A DNA stretch of 64,000 nt from contig NZ_CAMFKO010000017.1 of the NCBI RefSeq assembly GCF_945957265.1, positions 7,458-71,457 on the forward strand, given 5' to 3'. This stretch comes from an uncultured Dechloromonas sp. GTDB lineage: Bacteria; Pseudomonadota; Gammaproteobacteria; Burkholderiales; Rhodocyclaceae. The notes under the pieces were generated by a model. That model searched no databases. It saw nothing but the letters and a program-made list of their open reading frames with translations, and had not been told where the DNA came from. The first letter of the stretch is position 1. Each line of letters begins with the position of its first letter. The position numbers and the translations under genes were made by a program. Below are positions 17,901 to 25,318 of the stretch, piece after piece.

Positions 17901-20259
17901 GGGCGACTGGACCCTTGAACTCCCCCCCGGGGCCCAGCCGGATCCGCTTCTGTTCTGGCGTCTCGCCCGCGAGATTTCCCGAAATCCGGATGCCGTGGCG
18001 TACTTCGTCGATGACGACTGCCGCGACCAATTCGGCGAACGTTGTGCGCCGCGCTTCAAGCCGGGCACCAATCCCAGCGCCTTGAAATCCGCCGACCTGG
18101 CCGGTCCGCTCTGCATCCGCCGGGACACCTGGCAAGCCATCGGCGGTGCCCCTGTGCAGTCGGGCAGCCCGTGGTTCGCGCAGTTGCTGGGCATTGCCGA
18201 TCAAGCCGGCTGGCAAGCCATCCGGCACGTGCCAGATGTATTGCTGACCTACCCGAACGCCTTCCCAAGCGATGCGCAAGCCTGCCTGGAAACCCTGATC
18301 GCCCATCACGACGCCAAAGGCTGCCCGATCGAAATCGTGCCGAGCACCGAGTGCAGCTGGAACATCCAGCCGCTCCCCGCCGAGATGCCCGCCGTCAGCA
18401 TCGCGATCCTCTCCTGCGGCCAGGTCGATCTGTTGTCCCGCTGCTTCGACAGCATACTCAGCCAAACCAGCTATCCAAGCGTCGAGATCCTGGTCGTTCT
18501 CGATACGCTTAACGCCGACCCCGGCCTCGGCGACTGGCTCGCCACCCAGGAGGCCGGCAGCTTTCCGATTCGGACAATCCGCTCCAGCGAAGCGCAGACT
18601 TACGCCGAACGCTGCAATCTCGCCATGCGGGAGGCTCGCCATGAACATGTCGTGCTGATGCGCGAAGAAGCCGTCATCATTCAGCCGGCCTGGCTGGAGG
18701 AATTGACCAAAACCTCGATGGAAAGCGGCATCGGCGCCGTTTCGCCCCGTATGGTCCTGCCCGGCAGCGGCAACATATCCCACGCCGGCTTATATCGTGG
18801 ACTGGTCGGCTTGGCCGGTACCCCCGCCGACGAGCAAACCAGGCTTGGCGAACACGGTTATCTGGATACGCTCAGCGGCGCCCGGGACGTAGAGGTGCTG
18901 CCGACGGGATGCTTCCTGATCCGGAAAACGGCATATGAAGCATGCGGCGGCATGGATGGCGCCGCCTTCGGCGATCACTTTGCCGAAATCGACCTGTCGC
19001 TGAAACTGGCGGGCAATCGCTGGCGTATCGTATTCCAGCCCCTGGCAACCCTGGTTTATGGTGGCGCAACCCCCATCCCCGAACAACTGGGCATGAGTTC
19101 GCGGGCAGAGCAAGCCATTCGCGCCAGCAACGCCGAAAGGCTGCTGGTCGAAAAATGGGGAGGAGGCTGCGCAAACACAGGCTACCTGAACCCCAACCTC
19201 TCCCTGGCCAAGGGCAAGCCTATCCTCGAAACGGACACCCACCCGCAGTGGCAGTATCTGCCCACGGACAAACCCCGCTTCCTGGCGAGGACACTCCCCA
19301 ACGGCCAGGGCATCTTCCGGGTTACCGCTCCCCTGCGGGCATTGCGCAAACAAGGCCTGGCTGCCGAATGCGTCTGGGAGCAGGAAGCATCCCGCGAGCC
19401 GAGCATCTCCGAACTCGCCCGCCTGGCGCCGGACAGCCTGGTTGTCCAGCACTACGTTCAGGAACGTCAGCTCAAGAGCCTGAACGATTGGTCACGCATC
19501 AAGAACCGTCCATTCACGGTCTTTGCAATGGACGATCTGCTGACCAACCTGCCCGCCGACAACTTCATGCGCCAGTTCATGGCCCCCAACAGCCGCGCCT
19601 GTCTCAAGTACGCCCTGGACCGTTGCGATCGCCTGGTCGTGTCGACCGATTTCCTGGCCGATTACTACCGCAGCTTCATCAGCGACATTCGCGTTGTTCC
19701 GAACCGCCTGGAACAGGAAATCTGGCTGCCACTGACCAGCCGGAAACGCGTCTCGCCCCGCCCCCGCATCGGCTGGGCCGGCGGCACGACCCACCACGGC
19801 GACCTGCTTCTGCTCAAGGAAGTCATCGAACAAACCCGGGGCGAGGCCGACTGGGTGTTCTTCGGCATGTGCCCGGATGAAATTCTCCCCCTGGTTGCCG
19901 AATTCCACCCTCTCGCCGCCTTCCACGACTATCCGGCGCGACTGGCATCGCTCAACCTGGACATCGCTGTCGCGCCATTGCAGGATCATCCGTTCAATCA
20001 TGGCAAGAGCAATTTGCGCCTGCTGGAATACGGCGCACTGGGCATTCCGGTAGTGTGCAGCAACTTGACGCCCTATCGCGACAGCCCGGCCTGCTGCGTG
20101 CCGAATGACCCGGTCGCCTGGATCGAGGCGCTACGCGAGCGCATTCACGATGCTCCTGCGCGCGAAGCCGAGGGCTTGGCGCTGAAACGCTGGGTACGCC
20201 AGCATTACCTGCTGGAAAACCATTTGTCTCAATGGCTTACGGCGCACCTGCCAGGCTGA
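14995..20259 (+). CDS. 1754-aa multidomain enzyme: N-terminal SAM methyltransferase + three GT2-like domains + C-terminal GT-B-like glycosyltransferase domain
   Basis: Methyltransferase motif VLELGCGCGAITRHL is at aa 81-95. GT2-A is VSAVVMCYQQHD...IIVSDDCSTDGT...FAGDD (aa ~590-800). GT2-B is FQIVMRL...YFVDDDC (aa ~896-1090). GT2-C is VSIAILSCGQ...VEILVVLD...LMREEA (aa ~1133-1360). The C-terminal domain is RIGWAGGTTHHGD...NLRLLEYGALGIPVV (aa ~1425-1754). Confidence 0.8.
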   Translation: MKHTYDTQRNLWTRPDFSGIAYSDGSEIEARLLQVMRSVKDKSVFSIELASHISDWASEYHLTASRHCLMRPIPFEAGQSVLELGCGCGAITRHLGELGLNVTAVEGGAKRAEIAAERVRDLPDVKVVFDDLVQFQSDEKFDWVTLIGVLEYSPMFAPGDDPVSAYLKQALSYLKPGGRLVIAIENQLGLKYFNGCGEDHVNLPFFGPQGLYQRGGPVTFGKRQLKKRLLDIGFSGVDFFYPYPDYKIPQAIISESAFMTPEFKVADILLRMDSRDYTGRPFRLFSEQLVARELEDNGVLSDFANSFLLIARQTDPVAAPPDEAIAWCFSLNRLTRYKTETTFHVSGERIEVRKNRAAPPHLRQSVPPGKITHHLGNALYHRGRLQAWHLLKAKFRPYNEAELAAAFLPHARYLLDRSEQTPGSNPALLESWLTAGTLLDLTPFNVIETSNGPQEIDMEWEVPGQVPTGWVLLRSIANSLMLGMTPDEAEQTTLGGLTQKILAGLGMQYAPSSFRQWARLEQEFIESVCGVKTRLLPPDISISQLSSYRKLDIDRWGTQHSTPGGRTAPPKQIVASDVQSPDPLTPTGHVAVSAVVMCYQQHDIVQRTLQSLLTQDYPIDEIIVSDDCSTDGTIEMILAMEPQLRQRCNNLLIRQNPKNLGIVGHFNVLFEQARNEFIVYFAGDDISEPQRVRRLAEHFRSQDRPRYYLIHSDVRMIDDADNPGDVLKPPVITGRLDLMETALSASLHIGATAAFTRALWADYGGFEERWVYEDLILGWRAAMHGHYHYLPEPLLRYRAGGVTFKNMSPEKQRRHLLSLYRQRLIDTNVAEAAGLRTDLGDVRYRLSVNLNALESSQAVSEFDLSYVQWRAARQILPEDLRQIGQELSTLADNAPRFQIVMRLPADSTPALADTLDALNGQYYPHWRVDLVTTLPAPAGMDAVACIGWHTIDPAVDAAQAINAIVSAQPGDWTLELPPGAQPDPLLFWRLAREISRNPDAVAYFVDDDCRDQFGERCAPRFKPGTNPSALKSADLAGPLCIRRDTWQAIGGAPVQSGSPWFAQLLGIADQAGWQAIRHVPDVLLTYPNAFPSDAQACLETLIAHHDAKGCPIEIVPSTECSWNIQPLPAEMPAVSIAILSCGQVDLLSRCFDSILSQTSYPSVEILVVLDTLNADPGLGDWLATQEAGSFPIRTIRSSEAQTYAERCNLAMREARHEHVVLMREEAVIIQPAWLEELTKTSMESGIGAVSPRMVLPGSGNISHAGLYRGLVGLAGTPADEQTRLGEHGYLDTLSGARDVEVLPTGCFLIRKTAYEACGGMDGAAFGDHFAEIDLSLKLAGNRWRIVFQPLATLVYGGATPIPEQLGMSSRAEQAIRASNAERLLVEKWGGGCANTGYLNPNLSLAKGKPILETDTHPQWQYLPTDKPRFLARTLPNGQGIFRVTAPLRALRKQGLAAECVWEQEASREPSISELARLAPDSLVVQHYVQERQLKSLNDWSRIKNRPFTVFAMDDLLTNLPADNFMRQFMAPNSRACLKYALDRCDRLVVSTDFLADYYRSFISDIRVVPNRLEQEIWLPLTSRKRVSPRPRIGWAGGTTHHGDLLLLKEVIEQTRGEADWVFFGMCPDEILPLVAEFHPLAAFHDYPARLASLNLDIAVAPLQDHPFNHGKSNLRLLEYGALGIPVVCSNLTPYRDSPACCVPNDPVAWIEALRERIHDAPAREAEGLALKRWVRQHYLLENHLSQWLTAHLPG

Positions 20260-20293
20260 AACACCAAAAACAAAATTTTTTAATAAAAAGTAC

Positions 20294-20320
20294 TAAAGTT
20301 CTTCAAGGAAAGGTCGTTAA
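20294..20320 (+). promoter_or_regulatory. Sigma-28 (FliA) promoter of fliC
   Basis: TAAA (20294-20297), a 15-nt spacer, then GTCGTTAA (20313-20320), compared with consensus TAAA-N15-GCCGATAA. A nearly identical extended motif occurs upstream of flgM. Confidence 0.7.
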
Positions 20321-20418
20321 GGAACTTGTCAGCGAATTAATCGCCGTACAACCGGGACAACAGAACGCGGTAATGCAAGTAGGTCGCTCCCAGTACCAAC
20401 ATACTTAGGAGAATCAAA

Positions 20419-21114
20419 ATGGCTGTCATCAACACCAATGCCTATTCGCTCAATGCGCAACGCAACGTCGCCAAGAACGACGTCGGTCTGGCTTCCGCCC
20501 TTGAGCGCCTGTCCTCCGGTCTGCGCGTCAACTCCGCCAAGGACGACGCCGCCGGTCTGGCCATCGGCCTGAACATGGATGCCTACTCGCGTACGATCAG
20601 CTCCCGCATCCGCAACAACTCCGATCAGATTTCGGCCAACCAGATTGCTGACGGCGCGCTTCAATCGCTGGGCGACATCGCCCTGCGCGCTCAGGAACTG
20701 ACTGCCCAGAAAACCAACTCGCTGCTGGGCACCACCGAAAAGGGCTACATCGACAAGGAAATCGCTGCGCTCGCTACCGCTGCCAGCACCGTCGTTACCA
20801 ACGCCACCTTCAACGGCACGACCCAGGTCAGCCTGACCTTCACTTCGGCCACCATCGGCACGACCGCTGCCCTGACCTCGATCGCTTCCGCCCGCGCCAC
20901 GGCCGGTGCCAACATCAACGCCGCCCAGTTCCAGATCGAAGCCGACCGCTCCGCCTACGAAAACCAGATGGCTGCCAAGAGCCGCATCATGGACGCCGAC
21001 TTCGCGGAAGAAACCGCCCGCCTGTCCCGTCACCAGGTTCTGCAACAGGCCGGCATGGCGATGGTTTCGCAAGCCAACGCCGTTCCGCAAAACGTCCTGG
21101 CGCTGCTGCGTTAA
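20419..21114 (+). CDS. fliC: Flagellin, unusually short (231 aa, D0/D1 core only)
   Basis: The termini are conserved: MAVINTNAYSLNAQRN...LERLSSGLRVNSAKDDAAGLAI and ...MDADFAEETARLSRHQVLQQAGMAMVSQANAVPQNVLALLR. The centre is Ser/Thr-rich. Confidence 0.93.
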   Translation: MAVINTNAYSLNAQRNVAKNDVGLASALERLSSGLRVNSAKDDAAGLAIGLNMDAYSRTISSRIRNNSDQISANQIADGALQSLGDIALRAQELTAQKTNSLLGTTEKGYIDKEIAALATAASTVVTNATFNGTTQVSLTFTSATIGTTAALTSIASARATAGANINAAQFQIEADRSAYENQMAAKSRIMDADFAEETARLSRHQVLQQAGMAMVSQANAVPQNVLALLR

Positions 21115-21136
21115 TCACGGATCTCCCCAATCCGGT

Positions 21137-21171
21137 AATGGGTGCAGCGGCGGAAACGCCCTGCACCCATT
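21137..21171 (+). terminator. Strong hairpin after fliC with no U-tract (possible attenuator or partial terminator)
   Basis: AATGGGTGCAG...CTGCACCCATT forms an 11-bp stem, with an inner GGCG/CGCC extension. Confidence 0.4.
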
Positions 21172-21198
21172 CTGCCATTCACACCGGGAGTACATATC

Positions 21199-21579
21199 AT
21201 GAGCATCGGTGCAATTCAGGATAGTGGAAACATGGGAGCGGCTGCCACCAGGCTGCCAGTCAATACGCAGCAAGCCCGACCGACCCAGGCTGCCCCCCAG
21301 GCAAACCGGGCGGATAGCGGAAGCGATCAATCCGCAAACCAGAGCCGCCAGGGCGGGTCCCTCTCGGTCGAGCAGGCGGTTGAACGTTTGAAGCAGTTCG
21401 TATCCACCGCAGACGCGGATATTAATTTCGCGATCGACAGCAATTCCGGCGTATCGGTTGTGAAGATCGTGGACCGGAGCACCAAGGACATCATCAGGCA
21501 AATTCCTTCCGAAGAGGCAATCAGCCTGGCAATGGCCCTGGATAAACTGCAAGGCTTGTTCGTTCGCGAAAAGGCCTGA
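21199..21579 (+). CDS. flaG: FlaG flagellar protein
   Basis: INFAIDSNSGVSVVKIVDRSTKDIIRQIPSEEAISLA is a typical FlaG C-terminus. A GGGAG RBS precedes ATG 21199. Confidence 0.85.
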   Translation: MSIGAIQDSGNMGAAATRLPVNTQQARPTQAAPQANRADSGSDQSANQSRQGGSLSVEQAVERLKQFVSTADADINFAIDSNSGVSVVKIVDRSTKDIIRQIPSEEAISLAMALDKLQGLFVREKA

Positions 21580-21587
21580 TTTTTGCT
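21572..21587 (+). promoter_or_regulatory. Sigma-54 promoter of fliD
   Basis: aGGCCTGATTTTTGCTt has GG at 21573-74 and GC at 21585-86, the canonical GG-N10-GC spacing. It overlaps the flaG stop. Confidence 0.6.
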
Positions 21588-21620
21588 TTATTTCAGGGTC
21601 TGCAATTAGGAGTATCGATC

Positions 21621-22991
21621 ATGGCAAGCGTATCTTCCCTCGGCGTCGGTTCCGGGCTCGACCTGGAGTCTATGGTCACCAAGCTGATGAGCGCGGAGCG
21701 TGCGCCCATCGATGCCCTGACGACAAAGATCACCTCGGCGCAAACCAAGATTTCGCTGTTCGGCACGCTGAGCACCAAGCTCTCGGCTCTGCAGACAGCC
21801 GCCGATACCCTGCAATTTCCCAGCCGCCTCGCAGCAACCAAGGCCACCAGCGGCGACACCTCCATTGTGACCGCCACCAGCGCCTTTGGCGCCACCGCGG
21901 GAACGTACGGCATCGAAGTCACCCAACTGGCCTCCGCCCAAAAAAGCTTCACCCAGGAATACACCGCCGGCACCACCTTCACCCCCGGCAGCCTCAGCTT
22001 CACCGTGGCCGGAACGCCGGCCGCATCGATCGACCTGAACGAGGTCGGGAAAACCAGCTATACGCTGGATGAGGTGCGCGACAAGATCAACGCAGCCAAG
22101 ATCGGCGTCACGGCAACCGTCGTCAATACCTCGAGCGGCGGACAGCGCATGATCCTGACCAGCGACAACTCCGGCGCGACAAACGGCTTCTCCCTCACCT
22201 CCGGGCTCACCGCCTCGGGCGGGCAGGCCAACCTGGATGGCGCCAATTTCGACACGACCACGCCGGGCCTGGCCCGCGCGTCGGCACAGAACGGCCTCAT
22301 CAAGATCGACGGGGTCGAGGTCTCGTCCGCCACCAACGTATTCACGAATATTGCCGGCCTCAGCATTACCGCCAGCAAAGTGAGCACCCCGGGCGTTGCC
22401 ACCTCGCTCAAGGTGGAAACCGACAACGACAAGGTTGTCTCGGCGGTCAAAGCCCTGGTCGACGCGTACAACGGCATTGCCAGCACGATCAAGAGCAACA
22501 GCGCCTACAACAGCGCGACCAAGACGGCGCAACCGCTGAATGGCGACTTCGCGGCCCGCACGATATCTTCCGGCCTATCCGGCACCCTGACCACCGTCCC
22601 GGCCGAACTCGCCAGCGCGACCTACAAAACCTTGAGCGAACTGGGCGTTTCCATTACCCAGACCGGTCAGCTGACGCTGGATGAGACCAAGCTCCGGCAA
22701 GCGCTCAGCAAGTCGCCCTCGGACACGCTCACCACGCTGCAGGCATACGGAAAGGCATTCAGCGACTCCGCCGGCGGCATACTCAGCAGCGAAGGCGTCC
22801 TGACCAAACGGGTCTCCAGCCTTAACGACGCCGTCAAGATATACAAGGACAACCAGGCCTCGCTCGAAGTGCGCATGGTGGCCATTGAAAAACGCTTCCG
22901 CGCCCAATTCACCGCCATGGATAAACTGGTCGCCCAGTTCAAGTCGACCAGCAGCCAGCTTACGCAAATTTTCAACAAATCCAGCTCCTGA
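21621..22991 (+). CDS. fliD: Flagellar filament cap protein FliD
   Basis: The N-terminus is SLGVGSGLDLESMVTKLMSAERAPIDAL. The C-terminus is RFRAQFTAMDKLVAQFKSTSSQL. Confidence 0.93.
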   Translation: MASVSSLGVGSGLDLESMVTKLMSAERAPIDALTTKITSAQTKISLFGTLSTKLSALQTAADTLQFPSRLAATKATSGDTSIVTATSAFGATAGTYGIEVTQLASAQKSFTQEYTAGTTFTPGSLSFTVAGTPAASIDLNEVGKTSYTLDEVRDKINAAKIGVTATVVNTSSGGQRMILTSDNSGATNGFSLTSGLTASGGQANLDGANFDTTTPGLARASAQNGLIKIDGVEVSSATNVFTNIAGLSITASKVSTPGVATSLKVETDNDKVVSAVKALVDAYNGIASTIKSNSAYNSATKTAQPLNGDFAARTISSGLSGTLTTVPAELASATYKTLSELGVSITQTGQLTLDETKLRQALSKSPSDTLTTLQAYGKAFSDSAGGILSSEGVLTKRVSSLNDAVKIYKDNQASLEVRMVAIEKRFRAQFTAMDKLVAQFKSTSSQLTQIFNKSSS

Positions 22992-23057
22992 TGACAATCG
23001 GGCTTCGCCGATAACGTAAGATAGCCATCCTGTTGCCTCCCTTCGCCTGCCCTCGCC

Positions 23058-23465
23058 ATGTTTTCTGACCCGATTGCCTCCTACCGCCGCATGGACCTCG
23101 AGTCCGACGTATTGGGTGCCGATCCGCATCGGCTCATCGTGCTCCTGTTCGATGGCGCAGAGGCAGCCTTGACCAGGGCACAGGCCTGCCTTGCCACCAA
23201 GGACATCAACGGCAAGTCCGACGCCTTGGTCAAAGCCATCGAAATCATCAACGACGGCCTTGCCGCCAGCCTGAACACGGAGTCGGGTGGCGAACTGGCA
23301 GGCAACCTCAAGGCCCTGTACGACTACATGGTTTCCCGCCTGATTCACGCCAATATCCACATGGACCCGATCGCGGTATCCGAGGTCCAGAAGCTGCTCG
23401 GAGAAATTGCCGGGGCATGGCGCGAACTGGGCATCAAGCTCAGACAACCGTCGCAACCGGGCTGA
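23058..23465 (+). CDS. fliS: Flagellin chaperone FliS
   Basis: ADPHRLIVLLFDGAEAALTRA...LYDYMVSRLIHANI. Confidence 0.9.
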   Translation: MFSDPIASYRRMDLESDVLGADPHRLIVLLFDGAEAALTRAQACLATKDINGKSDALVKAIEIINDGLAASLNTESGGELAGNLKALYDYMVSRLIHANIHMDPIAVSEVQKLLGEIAGAWRELGIKLRQPSQPG

Positions 23466-23484
23466 ACGCGGGGGTTTCGTCCAC

Positions 23485-23805
23485 ATGCTCGCACCGGGAG
23501 TTGCCTCGAGACCCGACCTGACCGCCCTCGTTTCGCTATTGACCCAGTTGATAGGGCAAGCCGATGCGGGAGACTGGGAAGCCGTCGTCCTCATGCAACC
23601 CGAGGTATGCCTGCAACTGGCTCAACTCGAGCGCCTGTATCAATCACCGGCCGCCGCCAGCACCACCTCGCCTGCGGATCGAACCAGGCTCGCGGAAATC
23701 GTCGCCTTGATCAACAAGGCGGAAGCGGTGTGCGCCACGCGCCGCGAGCAGATAGCGCCACTGGTCAATAGCCTGAAAGCGCTCCCCGACTCGATCCAGG
23801 CATGA
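23485..23805 (+). CDS. fliT: FliT-like flagellar chaperone (tentative)
   Basis: The call rests on position after fliS, the ~106-aa helical size and the GDWEAV segment. The start was trimmed to ATG 23485. Confidence 0.5.
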   Translation: MLAPGVASRPDLTALVSLLTQLIGQADAGDWEAVVLMQPEVCLQLAQLERLYQSPAAASTTSPADRTRLAEIVALINKAEAVCATRREQIAPLVNSLKALPDSIQA

Positions 23806-24962
23806 TCCCGCCAGACGTCGCCAGCGCGCTGCGACTGCAACTTCCGGATCAGGCACGCATTGCGGCGGAACAGCCGCAGAACCAGCCGGTCGCCTCCATC
23901 CAGCGCCTGACCGACGCCTTGACCGACCTGGCGCCTGGCCAGCGCATCATGGCCGAAATACAGGCACTGCTGCCGAACGGCACCTATCGCGCCGTCGTCG
24001 CCCAGCGCAACGTCACGCTGGCGCTCCCTTTCTCCGCCAAACCCGGCGACACCCTCGAACTGGAAGTCGCCGAAAGCAACGGCAAGCTAACGCTGGCCTT
24101 CGTCGCCAACCGCACGGACAGCGATGTTGCGGCAGCATCGCCCAACGAATCGGTGCCGACCACGCTGAGCCCGGCCGGGCGACTGATCGGCCAGCTCATC
24201 GGCAACAAGGAAAACGAAGGCCAGCGGGCAGCCCCCGCGCCACTCAACGGCAGCCAGCCCCTGGTCACCGAGATGCCGGAATCCGGCGCCGAACTGGCGC
24301 CGGTACTCAAGCAGGCGCTGACCCAGAGCGGCATGTTCTACGAAGCGCACCAGGCGCGCTGGGTGGCCGGTCAATTACCGACCGAGACCCTGAAGCAGGA
24401 ACCGCAGGGAAAACTCCCCGCCGTGGCGCAATTGCCGCATGCACCAGCCCCCGCCGCCACCACCGCCACCGTCGGACCCGATGGCGAAGCGCAAGGCGCG
24501 CCGGCGCCCAGCGCCACCAGCCCGATCGGCGCAAGCCTGCCCGCCACCAACGCGCCGGAGCTCAAAGCGGCCGGCAGCCCCATCCCGGAAGGCGTCGCCT
24601 CGCTGGTTCGGCAGCAACTGGATGGCTTGGCAACGAACAATTTCGTCTGGCAAGGCCAGATATGGCCAGGCCAGCAAATGCAATGGGAAATTGCCGACAA
24701 CCCCGAGCGCCAGGGATCGGGAGAGTTGGGCACGGAAAGGGAATGGCAAAGCCGGCTCAAGCTGAGCCTGCCGTCGCTGGGTTCGCTGGATGTCATGCTG
24801 CGCCTGCAACCGGGCGGAAAGATAGCCCTGTCGGTGAATGCGGACTCGGACGGCGCCGAGGATCGGCTGCGCGGCAACATCGAGCGGCTGCAACAGCAAC
24901 TCTCATCGGCCGGCCTCGAGCTTGCCCAGATCGCCATCAGCCATGACCGCGGCAGCGAATGA
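23802..24962 (+). CDS. Second FliK-like hook-length-control-family protein
   Basis: The middle is Pro/Ala-rich. The C-terminal block WQGQIW...LSLPSLGSLDVMLRLQPGGKIALSVNADSDGAEDRLRGNIERLQQQLSSAGL is of the FliK C-terminal-domain type. Confidence 0.65.
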   Translation: MIPPDVASALRLQLPDQARIAAEQPQNQPVASIQRLTDALTDLAPGQRIMAEIQALLPNGTYRAVVAQRNVTLALPFSAKPGDTLELEVAESNGKLTLAFVANRTDSDVAAASPNESVPTTLSPAGRLIGQLIGNKENEGQRAAPAPLNGSQPLVTEMPESGAELAPVLKQALTQSGMFYEAHQARWVAGQLPTETLKQEPQGKLPAVAQLPHAPAPAATTATVGPDGEAQGAPAPSATSPIGASLPATNAPELKAAGSPIPEGVASLVRQQLDGLATNNFVWQGQIWPGQQMQWEIADNPERQGSGELGTEREWQSRLKLSLPSLGSLDVMLRLQPGGKIALSVNADSDGAEDRLRGNIERLQQQLSSAGLELAQIAISHDRGSE

Positions 24963-25236
24963 CCCGGTGCGCGAGGCAATCGCCCTCGCCTACAGCCAGA
25001 CCGATGCAGCCCCCCGGGTGGTGGCCAAAGGGAAAGGGCTGATCGCCGAAAAGATCATTGCGCGCGCCAGGGAACATGGCGTTTATGTCCATGAATCGCC
25101 CGAACTGGTCGCACTGCTGACCCAGGTCGACCTGGACGAGCATATTCCGCCGCAACTCTACATGGCGGTTGCCGAACTCCTGGCCTGGCTGTACCGCATC
25201 GAACACGGGGAAGGCGCACCGCCACGCGGCGCCTGA
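24943..25236 (+). CDS. Free-standing FlhB C-terminal-domain-like protein (EscU/YscU/HrcU family)
   Basis: AIALAYSQTDAAPRVVAKGKGLIAEKIIARAREHGVYVHESPELVALL...LYMAVAELLAWLY aligns with the residues just after NPTH in the full-length FlhB of this window. Confidence 0.8.
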   Translation: MTAAANDPVREAIALAYSQTDAAPRVVAKGKGLIAEKIIARAREHGVYVHESPELVALLTQVDLDEHIPPQLYMAVAELLAWLYRIEHGEGAPPRGA

Positions 25237-25318
25237 GCGAAGCAAGGGCAACGAGAAATGCGCGAAGCGGCGCAATGCTATACCATATTCGCATTTCGCC
25301 CGATAGTTACCAAACGGC

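Noticed and set aside
16528-18783. 751-aa ORF on the minus strand inside the 1754-aa glycosyltransferase gene
   Set aside because: It is antisense to a gene with clear domain motifs. The product is Arg/Gly/Ala-rich and low in complexity with no recognisable motif, which is typical of a high-GC shadow ORF.
23007-23014. Perfect sigma-28 -10 box GCCGATAA upstream of fliS
   Set aside because: The -35 position 15 nt upstream reads CTGA rather than TAAA, so only half a promoter is present. It is possibly functional, but not supportable from sequence alone.
25237-25318. Possible sigma-28 promoter or 8-bp inverted repeat (GAAATGCG/CGCATTTC) upstream of ycgR
   Set aside because: The -10-like CCCGATAG and the -35-like TATA have imperfect sequence and spacing. 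The repeat arms are 27 nt apart. The evidence is too weak to call.
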